Shown: positions 11,501 to 21,841, counted from the first letter of the stretch. The stretch: 64,000 nucleotides of DNA from Opitutaceae bacterium (GCA_030693515.1 JAUYAK010000005.1:3739-67738), one strand, 5' to 3'. The notes: generated by a model not told the origin, from the sequence alone. Program-made: numbers and translations.

Positions 11501-11623
11501 GTCCGCAACCTCCTCGATGCGGACGATCTTGAACCGATCCGGGCGAACCTCGGCGGCGGCGTGCTCGACTGGGCCCGCGGGGTCCCGCGGCAAATCGTCC
11601 TCAACACCACCCTTACGTTTTGA
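8564..11623 (+). CDS. TonB-dependent receptor-like outer-membrane protein
   Basis: ATG at 8564, 26 nt after sulfatase 3, with a signal peptide. A plug-like N-terminus (VELSPFIANAASDQGYVATSSLAGSRVNTPLKDIAAQIDV) is followed by a long beta-rich body. The C-terminal residue is Phe (…LNTTLTF). Confidence 0.85.
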   Translation: MKLPRPLIASLPRTSGAWLRPTPGFALLAAVFVAPLAAQVAPKPPPSPAVSAEIVELSPFIANAASDQGYVATSSLAGSRVNTPLKDIAAQIDVMTLDFLNDIGATTIEEAVAFSTNNGGANDQNTGPNAGITTTRASGRARGFDAITNSADFYATNLPSDLYNVERLTFANGPQSILFGLGNAGGAIDTATKRALFRSSNEVGLRADSNGSVRGTLDVNRVLVPKKLALRFVAVRNDGKNHVEDAFNRQTRAFGALTWKLTPTTTLRLAAEKSGQRASNASNFIAQDFVSPWVAAGRPLYDNSSGNAAITAAAFPLLNRNTNALRVYSYGGASPSVLIWNGSGLTRGPHQLAGAIDTRDASLIDNSIFPTDRDVRVGGRMNILHGTLLRGALEQKITNDLFVELGFNYESVSELLGGSFDNAESLNIFADPNRYLPGGTATVRQTALNPDAGRLYIESFPTGSEVRNLTKELRLTTSYEFDAQKHFTGIARHFGRHRLAGLVSQRIDEDRSQVSRGMVLGNPSFVTGDLLNNSRFIRSRFYLDPNGGSFTARALPGSAGGDSRLYGPWAFTDSVRNESFQATMFDHPAGRSSATGGSRKEITTGMLALQSFFLKDRLNIFAGRRIDQFKSFLIDPAALVRGDRVTPGDRQGLYTPLSGTGFSSTAALDDSTTTYSYGTVVHALSWLSVFGSRSNNTALPPGFLDPDNRLLPGISSEGHDVGFNIGLRQNAISLRVNFYEENQHNLIGDGQGVRNAAAVIEQRLRGTDRPAGIAAVPADGYDPVTRGDVYRSVEDKIGKGIDVTLVARVTGNWDLRIAGGKQQTRVFNKDLDFATWTARRLPVWQQFGGLGWDRVSISTSDPRTVQQYYDQAIAAEIVRQQLRNNLPRFRQREWRGSLFTNYRFSEGALKGLNLGGGIRWLDHTMIGLRQRTFPDGSRGDDVTQPIFGPSLFYVDVLLGYGGKTKLFGGRNLGWRVQLNVRNLLDADDLEPIRANLGGGVLDWARGVPRQIVLNTTLTF

Positions 11624-11663
11624 GTCGCCGGAGCGTCTCGCGCTTTCGTTCGTCTTAACGCTG

Positions 11664-13154
11664 ATGCGCTCATTGCCCCGCCGATTGCCGCTGCTGCTGT
11701 CGCTACTCCTGGCGCCTTTCGCCCTTCACCCCTGTTCCGCAGCGGAGCCGCCTCCCAACATTGTCTTCATCCTCGCCGACGACCTCGGTTGGAACGGCAT
11801 TGCCCCTTACGGCAACAAGGATGTGTCCACCCCGCACCTCGACCGGCTCGCGCGCGAGGGCATGACCTTCCACCGCGCCTACGCCGAGCCGCAGTGCTCG
11901 CCTACGCGCGGCGCTTTCTTCAGCGGCCAGTGGCCCGCGCGGACCGGCATGTTTGCCGTCACGCACGAGATGGATCCAGCGGCGGCGCCGCTCACACCGC
12001 CGCCGCACGCGATGGCGATGCCGCCCTCGACCGCCTCGCTCGCCCTCATGCTTCGCTCCGCCGGCTACACGACCGGGCTCAGCGGCAAGTGGCACATCGG
12101 CGAGGGCACCAACGCCGCCCCGCTCCGGACCCGCGAGGGCGGGAATTATTTCGACCGCTACGGTTTCGATTTCGTCGGCCAGGGCGCCAACGCCTCGCCC
12201 GAGAAGGACAAGTCCGTCGCCGGGATCACCGACGACCTCCTCGGCTTCATCGAGCGCAATCGCGGGCGCCCTTTCTTCGCCTATTTCTCCCATCAAGCAC
12301 CGCATACTGCGCTGGAACCGCCCAGTGCTTTGGTGGAGAAATATGTCTCCCGTGGCCTCAGGAAAAGCTCCACGCCAGAAACCATCTATGCCGAGCGCAC
12401 CACCGCCGACTACTATGCCACGATCGAGCACCTTGATACGCACATCGGGCGTGTCCTTGCCCTGCTCGACCGCCTCGATCTGGCGCAGAACACGGTCGTC
12501 GTTTTCACCTCCGACAACGGCGGCCTCAACCGCGCGGCCGACATGGCCCCGCTCCGCGGCAACAAAGGCATGCCCTACGAAGGCGGCGTGCGCGTGCCGC
12601 TCCTTGTGCGCTGGCCCGGCCCTGTCGCCGCCGGATCGTCCAACGCCGTGCCCGTCCACTTCATCGATTGGTATCCCACGTTCGCCGCGCTCGCCGCCGC
12701 GAAACTTCCCGCGGCCCAAAAACTCGACGGTGAGAATCTCGTCCCGCTTCTGACCGGCACGGGGCGCCCCGCGCGGGACACGCTGTATTGGCATGCCCCC
12801 ACCTACACCACGCCCTTCGGCCGCACGCCGAGCGCAGCGATCCTCCGGGGCGACTGGAAACTCATCCATTATTTCGGCGATTTCCTCGATGTCGCCGGTG
12901 CTGTGCCTGAGAACCAAGGGGCCTTCGGCAAGCTGATCCTCGGCGCCCGCACCGAACTCTACCACCTCGCCGTCGATCCTTCCGAGGCGCATGACCTCGC
13001 CGCGAAAAATCCGGCCAAGGCCGCCGAGCTGATGGCCGCGCTGAAAAAATTCTGGTCGGATACCAACGCCGCCCTGCCCGTGCCCAACCCGACCTACCGC
13101 GCCGATAATCCTGCTTGGTGGCAACGCGCCGCGGCCCCATCATCTCAAAAATAA
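11664..13154 (+). CDS. sulfatase 4
   Basis: ATG at 11664 with a signal peptide. Motifs [12 protein letters not shown] and [14 protein letters not shown]. Confidence 0.9.
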   Translation: MRSLPRRLPLLLSLLLAPFALHPCSAAEPPPNIVFILADDLGWNGIAPYGNKDVSTPHLDRLAREGMTFHRAYAEPQCSPTRGAFFSGQWPARTGMFAVTHEMDPAAAPLTPPPHAMAMPPSTASLALMLRSAGYTTGLSGKWHIGEGTNAAPLRTREGGNYFDRYGFDFVGQGANASPEKDKSVAGITDDLLGFIERNRGRPFFAYFSHQAPHTALEPPSALVEKYVSRGLRKSSTPETIYAERTTADYYATIEHLDTHIGRVLALLDRLDLAQNTVVVFTSDNGGLNRAADMAPLRGNKGMPYEGGVRVPLLVRWPGPVAAGSSNAVPVHFIDWYPTFAALAAAKLPAAQKLDGENLVPLLTGTGRPARDTLYWHAPTYTTPFGRTPSAAILRGDWKLIHYFGDFLDVAGAVPENQGAFGKLILGARTELYHLAVDPSEAHDLAAKNPAKAAELMAALKKFWSDTNAALPVPNPTYRADNPAWWQRAAAPSSQK

Positions 13155-13162
13155 TTCCACCC

Positions 13163-14551
13163 ATGCGTTCCCTCGTCCTTCTCTTCACCCTGCTGCTTTC
13201 GTCCTTCACCATGGCACACTCCGCCACGCGCGCGGGGCAACCCAACATCATCTTCATCCTCAGCGACGATGTCGCGCAGGGCGACTTGGGCGTTTACGGC
13301 CAGAAGCTCATCCAGACCCCGCGCATGGATCGCATGGCGCGCGAGGGCACTCGCTACCTGCAGGCTTACTGTGGCACGAGCGTCTGCGCGCCCTCGCGCA
13401 CCTCGCTAATAACCGGCCTGCACAGCGGCCACGCGCCCGTGCGCGGCAACTGGGAAGTCCCCGTCGAGGGTCAGCTCCCCCTGCCCGCCAACACCGTCAC
13501 CGTCGCGAAAATCCTGAAATCCGCCGGCTACGCCACTGCCGTCATGGGCAAGTGGGGCATGGGCATGTTCGACACCACCGGGAGCCCGTTGAAGCAGGGC
13601 TTCGATCATCACTTCGGCTACAACTGCCAGCGCCACGCCCACTCGTATTTCCCCGAGTTTCTCTACCACGACGGCCAGCGCTTCCCGCTTCCGGGCAACG
13701 ACGGAAAAACTGTCGGCGCCACCTATGCACAAAACCTCATCCAAGAGGACGTGCTCAAGTGGGTCCGGGCCAAGCAAAGCCAGCCCTTCTTCCTCTTCTA
13801 CGCCATGACGCTCCCGCACGGCCGCCACGAGATCGACGACGTGGGCATCTACGCCACGAAACCATGGTCCGCGCAGCAGAAAGCCTATGCCGCGCAAGTC
13901 ACGCGGCTCGACCGCGACATCGGCCAGCTCCTCGACCTGCTGGCCGAGCTGAAGATCGACGATAATACACTCGTGATCACCTCAGGGGACAATGGTTCCT
14001 CCTTCGAGCCAACCTCGGAGATGGGCAAACTGTTCGACCAAGCGGGCAATGGGCTGCGCGGCTACAAGCGCGGTCTCTACGAGGGCGCCCTCCGCCAGGC
14101 CGCCATCGCGCGCTGGCCCGGCCAGATTCCCGCCGGCCGCGTGAGCGACGAGCCGTGGGCCTTTTGGGATTTCCTGCCGACCGCCGTGGAACTCGCCGGC
14201 GCGAAGCTGCCCGCCGGCTTCAAAACCGACGGACTCTCGCTTGTCTCCTACCTCCGCGGCGGGCCCGCGCCGAAGCGCGAATATTTTTATTGGGAGCTGC
14301 ACGAACAGCGCCCGCTGCAAGCCGTCCGCTTCGGCGACTGGAAAGCCGTGAAACCCCGCCACGATGCCGCCATCGAACTTTACGACCTCGCCACGGACGC
14401 CGCGGAGTCGAAGAACCTCGCCGCCGCCAAGCCCGAGCTCGTCGCCCGGGCCGCCGCGTTCATGCAGGCCGCGCACCGGCCCGATCCCAATTGGCCACTC
14501 ACCGGCCGCGCCGCCGCGCGCGACGCCGACCGCGCCAAGAACAAGAAATAG
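13163..14551 (+). CDS. sulfatase 5
   Basis: ATG at 13163 with a signal peptide. Motifs NIIFILSDD and [14 protein letters not shown]. Confidence 0.9.
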   Translation: MRSLVLLFTLLLSSFTMAHSATRAGQPNIIFILSDDVAQGDLGVYGQKLIQTPRMDRMAREGTRYLQAYCGTSVCAPSRTSLITGLHSGHAPVRGNWEVPVEGQLPLPANTVTVAKILKSAGYATAVMGKWGMGMFDTTGSPLKQGFDHHFGYNCQRHAHSYFPEFLYHDGQRFPLPGNDGKTVGATYAQNLIQEDVLKWVRAKQSQPFFLFYAMTLPHGRHEIDDVGIYATKPWSAQQKAYAAQVTRLDRDIGQLLDLLAELKIDDNTLVITSGDNGSSFEPTSEMGKLFDQAGNGLRGYKRGLYEGALRQAAIARWPGQIPAGRVSDEPWAFWDFLPTAVELAGAKLPAGFKTDGLSLVSYLRGGPAPKREYFYWELHEQRPLQAVRFGDWKAVKPRHDAAIELYDLATDAAESKNLAAAKPELVARAAAFMQAAHRPDPNWPLTGRAAARDADRAKNKK

Positions 14552-14622
14552 CCCGCGCGACATTCTTGTCGCCCACGAGCCCGGGGGGCCGCACGTTCTG
14601 CTGCGCCTCCTGCGCGCACCCG

Positions 14623-15678
14623 ATGAATCGCCGCGAACTCCTCCGCGCCCTCGCCGTCCTCGCCTCCGCCCGGGCCGTGCTCGCGGCGGCCGGTGCGCCG
14701 GCGGCGCGCCTCGGCCTGTGCTCATTTTCCAGCCACCAGCATTGGCGCGCGGCCGGCACGAAACATCCGGGCGTGAAGTTCTCGGATGCCCTGGGCTTCT
14801 ACCGCCACGCGCGCGAGCTCGGCGGTGCCGGCGTGCAGACCGGCCTGCGCGGCGCGACCACCGAAACCGCCCGCGAACTGCGCGCGCTCGTCGAGCGCGA
14901 TGGCGGCTATTACGAGGCCGAGCTGCGGCTCCCCCGGCAGGAGGGCGAAACCGCCGCGTTTGAAAAAGACGTGGCGCTGGCCCGTGCCGCGGGCGCCACG
15001 GTCGCGCGCGCCGTCTTCACCAGCGGCCGTCGCTACGAGGAGTTCAAGACCGCCGCGGCCTTCCGCGAGTATCACGACCGCGCCCGCCAGATCCTCGCGC
15101 GCATCGAGCCCATCGCCCGGCGCCACCGCCTGAAGATCGCGATCGAAAATCACAAGGACCTCACGACCGACGAGCAGGTCACGCTCATCCGCGGCCTGGC
15201 CAGCGAATGGATCGGGGTGCTCGTGGACACGGGAAACAACCTCGCGCTGCTTGAGGAGCCCTATGCGACGATGGAGGCGCTCGCGCCGTTTGCCCTCAGC
15301 GTGCACCTGAAGGACATGGCGTTGCAGCCCGCGCCCGATGGCTTTCTCCTCAGCGAGGTCCCGCTCGGCACCGGCTTCCTTGATCTGCCGCGCATCGTCG
15401 CCACGCTACGCCGCGCCAACCCCGCGCTCGTGCTCAACCTTGAGATGGCCACGCGCGATCCGTTGCGCATTCCGTGCCTGACCGATGGCTACTATGCCAC
15501 TTTTCCCGCCGACTACCGCGCGCGTCTCCTCGCCCCGGCGCTCGCCCGCGTGCAGGCCCATCCCCCGCGCGGACCGGTCCCTGCCGTCGCCGGCAAACCG
15601 ACCGATCAGGTCCTTGCCGAGGAGGAAGCCCACAACCGCCACGGCTTGGCCTGGATGAAAACCAATCTTCGCACATGA
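14623..15678 (+). CDS. sugar phosphate isomerase/epimerase (xylose-isomerase-like TIM barrel), Tat-type signal
   Basis: ATG at 14623. N-terminus MNRRELLRALAVLASARAVLA. Body has IAIENH..., VLVDTGN and VHLKD blocks typical of AP-endonuclease-2/xylose-isomerase-like TIM barrels. Confidence 0.75.
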   Translation: MNRRELLRALAVLASARAVLAAAGAPAARLGLCSFSSHQHWRAAGTKHPGVKFSDALGFYRHARELGGAGVQTGLRGATTETARELRALVERDGGYYEAELRLPRQEGETAAFEKDVALARAAGATVARAVFTSGRRYEEFKTAAAFREYHDRARQILARIEPIARRHRLKIAIENHKDLTTDEQVTLIRGLASEWIGVLVDTGNNLALLEEPYATMEALAPFALSVHLKDMALQPAPDGFLLSEVPLGTGFLDLPRIVATLRRANPALVLNLEMATRDPLRIPCLTDGYYATFPADYRARLLAPALARVQAHPPRGPVPAVAGKPTDQVLAEEEAHNRHGLAWMKTNLRT

Positions 15679-16463
15679 CTCCACACGCTCCCCTCCCGGG
15701 CCTCAAACTCTTCAACCTCACCGGTCGCACCGCCCTCGTCACGGGCGGCTCCAAGGGCCTCGGCCTCGCCATGGCCGCTGGCCTCGTCTCCGCGGGCGCC
15801 GAAGTGATGCTCGTCAGCCGCCACCGCGAGGAAGCCGAGTCCGCCGCCGCAACGCTCACGCGCGATCATGGCCACCGGGCCTTTGGCCACGCGGCGGATG
15901 TCACCGTGCCGGCGCAGGTCGATGCGATGCTCGCCGCCGCCGAACGCGCCCTCGGCCGCGTGGACATTTTGATCAACAGCGCCGGCATCAATATCCGCGC
16001 CCCGATCGCCGAACTCACGCCTGAGCAATTCACGCAGGTGATGACCGTCAACGTCACCGGCACCTGGCTGTGTTGTCGCGCGGTGTTTCCCGGCATGCGC
16101 GCGCGCAAGTGGGGCCGCATCGTCAACCTCGCGAGCGCCCTCGGCCTCGTGGGCCTCGCCGGCCGCACGCCCTACACCGCGAGCAAGGGCGCCGTCGTGC
16201 AGCTGACGCGCACGCTCGCCCTCGAAGGCGCGGCGGACGGCGTCACCGCCAATTCCATCTGCCCCGGACCGTTCCTCACCGATATGAATCTCTCCATCGC
16301 CAACACGGAGGACGGCCAGAAATTCGTCGTCGGCGCCACCGCGCTCAAGCGCTGGGCCCGCCTCGAGGAGATCCAGGGCGCCGCCATCTTCCTCGCCAGT
16401 GACGCCTCCAGCTATGTCACGGGGGCCGCACTCGCCGTCGATGGCGGCTGGACGGCGCAATAA
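15675..16463 (+). CDS. short-chain dehydrogenase/reductase (SDR)
   Basis: ATGA start/stop overlap with the preceding gene. Rossmann motif TGGSKGLG, NSAG, and catalytic YTASKGAV (YxxxK). Confidence 0.9.
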   Translation: MTPHAPLPGLKLFNLTGRTALVTGGSKGLGLAMAAGLVSAGAEVMLVSRHREEAESAAATLTRDHGHRAFGHAADVTVPAQVDAMLAAAERALGRVDILINSAGINIRAPIAELTPEQFTQVMTVNVTGTWLCCRAVFPGMRARKWGRIVNLASALGLVGLAGRTPYTASKGAVVQLTRTLALEGAADGVTANSICPGPFLTDMNLSIANTEDGQKFVVGATALKRWARLEEIQGAAIFLASDASSYVTGAALAVDGGWTAQ

Positions 16464-16473
16464 CCATTTCCTC

Positions 16474-17925
16474 ATGCGCCGCCCCCTCTTCGTTTTCTCA
16501 CTCCTCCTGCTGGGCACGCTTCAGCTCGGCGCCGCCGACTCGCGGTCGCGTCCCAACTTCGTCGTCGTGTTCATCGACGACATGGGCTGGGGCGATTTCT
16601 CCTGCTTCGGCAACGCCGACGCCAAGACGCCCCACATCGACCGCCTCGCCGCCGAGGGCATCCGCTTCTCGCAGTTCTACGTCAACTCGCCCATCTGCTC
16701 CCCGTCGCGCTGCGCCCTCACCACGGGCCAGTATCCGCAACGGTGGCGCATCACCTCCTTCCTCAACAACCGCGCCGACAACGCGCGCCGCGGCGTCGCC
16801 GACTGGCTCGACCCGCAGGCCCCGACGCTCCCGCGTCTCCTCCAGCGCGCCGGCTATGCCACCGGCCATTTCGGAAAATGGCACCTCGGCGGCCAGCGTG
16901 ACGTCGAGAACGCCCCGCCGATCACCGCCTACGGCTTCGATGCCTCGCTCACCAATTTCGAAGGCATGGGCCCCAAGCTGCTTCCGCTCACGCTCAAGCC
17001 TGGCGATACCGTCGCGGGCCGCATCTGGCAGGATGCCGAACGCCTCGGATCGCCCGTCACGTGGATGCAGCGCTCGCAAATCACCACGGGCTTCGTCGAT
17101 GCCGCCCTCGCGTTTATCGAACACGCCGCCGCCGAGAAAAAACCTTTCTACATCAACCTCTGGCCGGACGATGTGCACAGCCCCTTCTGGCCGCCCGTCA
17201 GCGAGTGGCGCGACGGCACCAAACGCGGTCTCTACCTTTCGGTGCTCGAGGCCATGGACCGGCAATTCGGCAAACTCTTCGACCGCCTCCGCGCCGATCC
17301 CGCCCTGCGCGACAACACGCTCGTCCTCGTCTGCTCGGACAACGGGCCCGAGCCCGGCGCCGGCAGTGCCGGTCCCTTCCGCGGCGCCAAGACCACGCTC
17401 TACGAAGGTGGCGTGCGCTCTCCATTGATCGTTTGGGGCCCCGGCCTCATCGCGTCCGGCGTCGCCGGTTCGCACGATGAGACCTCGGTGCTCGCGGCCT
17501 TCGACTTCGCCCCCTCTCTCCTCACAATTGCGGGTGTGCCCGTGCCGCGCGAGGCCGCCTTCGACGGCGAGAATCATGCCCCCGCCTTCCTCGGCCGAGG
17601 CCCGGCCAAGCGCGCTGCCCCCATCATGTGGCGCCGTCCGCCTGATCGAAAAATCTGGCCGCCCGCTTTCACCGAGCCACTGCCCGACCTGTCCATCCGC
17701 GACGGCGACTGGAAACTTCTCTGCGACTACGACGGCACCAAGCCTCAGCTCTACTATCTCGCCAGCGACCGAGGCGAGACCCGCAACGTCGCCGCCGCCC
17801 ACGCGGCAATCGTCGCCCGACTCACCGCCGCAGTCGTGGCCTGGCATCGTTCGCTCCCGCCCGACCGCGGCCCCGAACTCGGGGCGGAGCCCGCCGCGAC
17901 CAAGGCGAAGAAAAAGGCGAAGTAA
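16474..17925 (+). CDS. sulfatase 6
   Basis: ATG at 16474 with a signal peptide. Motifs NFVVVFIDDMGW and ICSPSRCALTTGQY. Confidence 0.9.
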   Translation: MRRPLFVFSLLLLGTLQLGAADSRSRPNFVVVFIDDMGWGDFSCFGNADAKTPHIDRLAAEGIRFSQFYVNSPICSPSRCALTTGQYPQRWRITSFLNNRADNARRGVADWLDPQAPTLPRLLQRAGYATGHFGKWHLGGQRDVENAPPITAYGFDASLTNFEGMGPKLLPLTLKPGDTVAGRIWQDAERLGSPVTWMQRSQITTGFVDAALAFIEHAAAEKKPFYINLWPDDVHSPFWPPVSEWRDGTKRGLYLSVLEAMDRQFGKLFDRLRADPALRDNTLVLVCSDNGPEPGAGSAGPFRGAKTTLYEGGVRSPLIVWGPGLIASGVAGSHDETSVLAAFDFAPSLLTIAGVPVPREAAFDGENHAPAFLGRGPAKRAAPIMWRRPPDRKIWPPAFTEPLPDLSIRDGDWKLLCDYDGTKPQLYYLASDRGETRNVAAAHAAIVARLTAAVVAWHRSLPPDRGPELGAEPAATKAKKKAK

Positions 17926-18092
17926 TACCAACGTCCTCGGAAATTTTGCTTTCAGGACGGTGGGGCCGCTTCTCCGCAAGCAGCCTGGATTCCAGTAGGC
18001 GAATCGCCCTGCAACCCAGGCCGGCTCGGAGAGCCAGCCCCACCTCAGCATCGTCCAAAAAATGCGGACGTTGGCAAAACCTCCGTCGGTGC

Positions 18093-19895
18093 TCAGCGCC
18101 GCGCAAACAACGGCACCACGCGCATCCCCAGCACGTCGATCAGTCCCTTGTCGGTGAGCCGCAATTCGGGGATGACGGAGAGCGGCAGCAGATTGAATCC
18201 CATGTAGGGCACCTTGCAGCCGAGCTTCGTCCACGCGCGTTTGAGCGCAGTCGTCTCCTTGGCGACGACGGGCGCGCGCTTGTCGGACAGCAGACCGGCG
18301 ATGGGCAATGCGACCGTCGCGATCACCTTGCCCCGGCGCACCACGCAGACGCCGCCGCGCAGCCGCTTCACCGTCGCCAACGCGAGCTGCATGTCCGCTT
18401 CGTTGGTTCCGGCCATGACGATGTTGTGCGCATCGTGACCGACGCTGCTCGCGACCGCGCCGTCCTTCAGCCCGAAATCGCACAACAATCCGTAGCCGAC
18501 GCCGCCGTTTTTTCCGTGGCGCTCAATGACCGTGAGGAAACAAAGATCCTGCCGCGCAAAGTGCTCGGCCCACGACGCCGCGACGGGCAGCGCGAGCGTG
18601 TCGTGCGCCGTCAGGATGCCGGGCGGCACGAGCCGGATGACGTTGGCCGTGACCGCCTGTTTCGGCAGCGCCGGCGTGAGCGTGGCGCGTGCCGGTAATT
18701 TCACCGTCGCATACGCCGCGCGCGGGTAGCGGTAGCGCCGGCTCATCGCCTGCTCGAGGAGGGCAGTCGGCTTGCGCCGATCGACCACCAGTTCGCCGCC
18801 ATACCAGGTGCTCTGCACCTCGAGTGCGTCGTTCAGCAGCACCAGATCCGCCCGTCGCGCCGGCGCGAGGCCGCCGAACTCGCCGTCCATCGCGTAGCGC
18901 GTCGCCGGATGCAGCGAGCCCAGGCTCCATGCTGTCGTCGTCTTGAGCCCGGCGGCGACCGCCTGCCGCACGACCCAATCCATGCCGAAGAGAAACAGAT
19001 CGTCCGCGTCGCGGTCGTCGGTGCAGACGCACACGCGCTTGGGATTCGCGCCAAGTTCCGTCACGGCCTTGATCGCCTGCGGCAGTGAGTGCCACGGGGT
19101 CTGCGGATTGCCGCCGCGCAGGAAGATCCAGACGCCGTTCTCCAGGAAATCGCCCGCGATTTCGCGATCGATGGCCTCGTGCGTGTCGGTAATGCCGCTC
19201 GCGGCCCCGGCCGCCACGAACTGCCGGCCATAGATGTGCCCGCACACCGGCCGGCCGCGCTTGAGCGCCGCCGCCAGGATCGCGTGGCTGCGCACGTCGC
19301 CCAGCGCGACGGAGATGTAGTCCATCTTTTCCCCCAGCGCCGCGGCTTCGGGCCAGCGATCAAAAATCCGGCCGATCTTCGCCGCCGTGAGATCGCCACC
19401 GGCGGTTTCTAGCTTCGCGTTCGTCGCCGGCACCGTGCTCGGCACGGTGAGGTAGATCGAGAGCGGTGCGCGCCGCGCGTCCTGCAACATCCACTCGATG
19501 CCGGCGACATCGCACACGTTGCCGATCTCATGGCTGTCGCAGAAGACCGTCGTCGTGCCGTTCAGCAGCGCCGCCTCGGCGAACGCACAGGCCGTCATCA
19601 TGCTGCTCTCGATGTGGACGTGCGGATCGACGAGCCCCGGCGCGACGATGCCGCCACGCACATCCCGCACCTGCGCGCCCGTGAGTTTCGATTTCCGGTA
19701 GTCGCCCGCGCGGCGCACCACCGCAATGCGCCCGCCCTTGATCCACAGCTCGCGCTCCTGGTGCATGCGCTCCGTGTAGGTCGAGAGCACACGCGCCCCA
19801 GTGACCACCAGGTCCGGGGCCTCGCGCCCCATCGACACGGCGGCGAGCGTGCGGGTCATCGTATGCAGCGGGGCGACGGAGAAGCGGGTCAGCAT
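18093..19895 (-). CDS. ade: adenine deaminase
   Basis: About 600 aa amidohydrolase with metal-binding [12 protein letters not shown] and the length and architecture typical of Ade. Alternative ATG at 19859. Confidence 0.8.
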   Translation of the reverse strand: MLTRFSVAPLHTMTRTLAAVSMGREAPDLVVTGARVLSTYTERMHQERELWIKGGRIAVVRRAGDYRKSKLTGAQVRDVRGGIVAPGLVDPHVHIESSMMTACAFAEAALLNGTTTVFCDSHEIGNVCDVAGIEWMLQDARRAPLSIYLTVPSTVPATNAKLETAGGDLTAAKIGRIFDRWPEAAALGEKMDYISVALGDVRSHAILAAALKRGRPVCGHIYGRQFVAAGAASGITDTHEAIDREIAGDFLENGVWIFLRGGNPQTPWHSLPQAIKAVTELGANPKRVCVCTDDRDADDLFLFGMDWVVRQAVAAGLKTTTAWSLGSLHPATRYAMDGEFGGLAPARRADLVLLNDALEVQSTWYGGELVVDRRKPTALLEQAMSRRYRYPRAAYATVKLPARATLTPALPKQAVTANVIRLVPPGILTAHDTLALPVAASWAEHFARQDLCFLTVIERHGKNGGVGYGLLCDFGLKDGAVASSVGHDAHNIVMAGTNEADMQLALATVKRLRGGVCVVRRGKVIATVALPIAGLLSDKRAPVVAKETTALKRAWTKLGCKVPYMGFNLLPLSVIPELRLTDKGLIDVLGMRVVPLFARR

Positions 19896-19952
19896 CGGGA
19901 TAAAAGAGCAGGCTTCGCGCCGCGGGCGAAGCGCTTTTTCAGGAAACTCCCG

Positions 19953-20849
19953 TCAGAGTTCGTCCACGATGGCGCGCAGCACCCGGACGGCGATGGCGGA
20001 GACGGACGCCTCGTTGTCGTCGATCGGATTGGCCCCGTGCTGTGCCCCTGCGAGGTCGCTGAGCCCGCGCACGATCAGGATGGGCTTGCGGTTCACGTAG
20101 GCGACGTGGGCGAGCGCCGTCGACTCCATGTCGAGGCACCGTGCCTGCCAGACCCGGAAAACCCATTCGCGATACTTCGCGTTGTCCATGAAGACCGGCC
20201 CGGCCACTCCGACTCCGCCCACCGTGACCGCGATCTCCCGCCCGCCCTTTCGCAGCGCGGGGAGCTTCGGAAGCGCCCGTCGCGCCGCGGCGAGCAGCAT
20301 GGCATCGGCCGGGAAATCCGCCCGGCGCTGGAAGGCCTCCTCACCCTCACGGGCAACCCCGGTCTCCGTGGGAAAGATCATGCCGAAGTTCGGCAGCTTG
20401 GGCTTCAGGTAGTGGGGCACAAAGTAACCGCCCCGCCCGTCCTCGTTGAGGTAGGCCGCCTCCGCGTGGTAGGCCCAGCGCTCGGGGATCACGACATCAC
20501 CCACCTGCAGCGCCGGATCGATGCCGCCGGCGACGCCGGCAAACAGCACGTGCGTGATCGGGAAACGCTCCAAGGCGAGCTGCAGCTGGTAGGCGGCGTT
20601 GACGAGGCTCACGCCCGTGCGAAAAACCACGACGTCCTTGCCCCCATAGGTGCCGCGATGAAACGCGAGACCGTTGATCATCGTGCGCGTGAAACCTTTC
20701 TGCTCATCGACCCCAAACGCGGCATGCAGCGCCGCGATCTCGGGCGGGTAGGCGGCGCACAGCGCGTAGAGCGGCTGCGCGGCGCGGGCGCCGTGGAGGA
20801 CGCAGAAAAGGACCAGAATGGCGGCGACCCGATGCACGTGGCTAATCAT
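19953..20849 (-). CDS. secreted nucleoside phosphorylase/nucleosidase-family protein (PNP_UDP_1, MTA/SAH-nucleosidase-like)
   Basis: ATG at 20849 with signal peptide MISHVHRVAAILVLFCVLHGARA. The C-terminal block IVRGLSDLAG resembles the nucleosidase active-site region. Confidence 0.7.
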   Translation of the reverse strand: MISHVHRVAAILVLFCVLHGARAAQPLYALCAAYPPEIAALHAAFGVDEQKGFTRTMINGLAFHRGTYGGKDVVVFRTGVSLVNAAYQLQLALERFPITHVLFAGVAGGIDPALQVGDVVIPERWAYHAEAAYLNEDGRGGYFVPHYLKPKLPNFGMIFPTETGVAREGEEAFQRRADFPADAMLLAAARRALPKLPALRKGGREIAVTVGGVGVAGPVFMDNAKYREWVFRVWQARCLDMESTALAHVAYVNRKPILIVRGLSDLAGAQHGANPIDDNEASVSAIAVRVLRAIVDEL

Positions 20850-20890
20850 AGCCTGCCTCAAGCAAACCGGGTGCCACTCTGCTCCGCGAC

Positions 20891-21841
20891 TCAGGTGCCT
20901 TCGTAGAGCACGGCCAGGGTGAGCAGCAGCTTCTCCAGCTCCTTGAAATATTTCTCCTCGTTCATCTTCGCCTTGCGCTCGCGCAGCGCGGAAATCTCCA
21001 GCTCGAGCTTGTCGCGCTGCGCGCGCAGCGCCAGCGGGAGCTGGAGTTCGGCCGGGCTGCGCACGAGGTGAAACTGGTGCGCCCGCGCGCCGTCGAGCGC
21101 GCCGCCGTCGCGCGCCCGCTTCGTTGCAATCACACCGCGAAACCAGTCGGCAGGCGTGCCGAGGCCGTCGCCGTTGTCATCGAGCAGCGCGTGTTCGGTG
21201 GCGAGGCGGTTCTCGGTCTTGTAGAACTCGGCCGTGCGGTGCGACGCGCTGAGGAAGGATTCGAGGAGCGAGACCTGCCCGTCCTTGTCGAGGTCGCTCT
21301 TCGGATCGCCGATGGCCTCGGCGAGGAACTTGCCGAAGCGGGCGTAGTTTTGCTCGTTGCCGCTGCGGGTCGCGCTCACGACGACGCGTTGCGGCGCGGA
21401 GAGCCGCGCGAGAAACGGCGCGCTCGCCGACGTGGTGTTGATGATCGCCAGCGGCCGCTTGAAGGGCTTCAGCCACTCGGCGAGTTCACCGGAGGCGACA
21501 TCGGGCCCGCGCAGATTGATCTTGGCTTCCTTGCCGTCGAAGGTGCCGTGGCCGGCGATGACGAGCCACAGCTCGCCCTCCCCTTCCTTGGGCTCGGCCG
21601 CCAGCGCTTGCTGCAACCGCTCGCGATCGGCGGTGCCGCCGGGATCGAGCCCGATCGCGATGTGACGCGCGCCGGCTTGCGCGCTGGTCTTGGCCCACGC
21701 GTCGCCCTGCGCCGAGATCTCGGGCGAAAACTCAACCTCGCCGGGTGCGCCCGCCACGAAAATCACGGTGGCCTGCTGCGCGCACGCCAGTGGGCCCAGG
21801 GCCGCGAACATAATGATTCCTGAAATTCGTGAAATGCTCAT
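20891..21841 (-). CDS. secreted hypothetical protein, last gene of the MoxR operon (caspase/C13-like fold suspected; DxDxDG-type Ca-binding loops)
   Basis: ATGA overlap with the upstream gene at 21838-21841, plus a signal peptide. LWLVIAGHGTF and LAIINTTSASAPF resemble the His and nucleophile strands of clan-CD peptidases, but no Cys is present. DKDGQVSLLE and DDNGDGLGTP loops are present. Confidence 0.65.
   Translation of the reverse strand: MSISRISGIIMFAALGPLACAQQATVIFVAGAPGEVEFSPEISAQGDAWAKTSAQAGARHIAIGLDPGGTADRERLQQALAAEPKEGEGELWLVIAGHGTFDGKEAKINLRGPDVASGELAEWLKPFKRPLAIINTTSASAPFLARLSAPQRVVVSATRSGNEQNYARFGKFLAEAIGDPKSDLDKDGQVSLLESFLSASHRTAEFYKTENRLATEHALLDDNGDGLGTPADWFRGVIATKRARDGGALDGARAHQFHLVRSPAELQLPLALRAQRDKLELEISALRERKAKMNEEKYFKELEKLLLTLAVLYEGT

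Noticed and set aside
17926-18092. Terminator between convergent sulfatase 6 and ade
   Set aside because: Only imperfect hairpins are present: CCAACGTCC…GGACGGTGG with an 18-nt loop, and GGCTGGCTC-tcc-GAGCCGGCC on the minus (ade) strand (forward-strand reading GGCCGGCTC-gga-GAGCCAGCC). Neither has a T-tract, which is not convincing as an intrinsic terminator.
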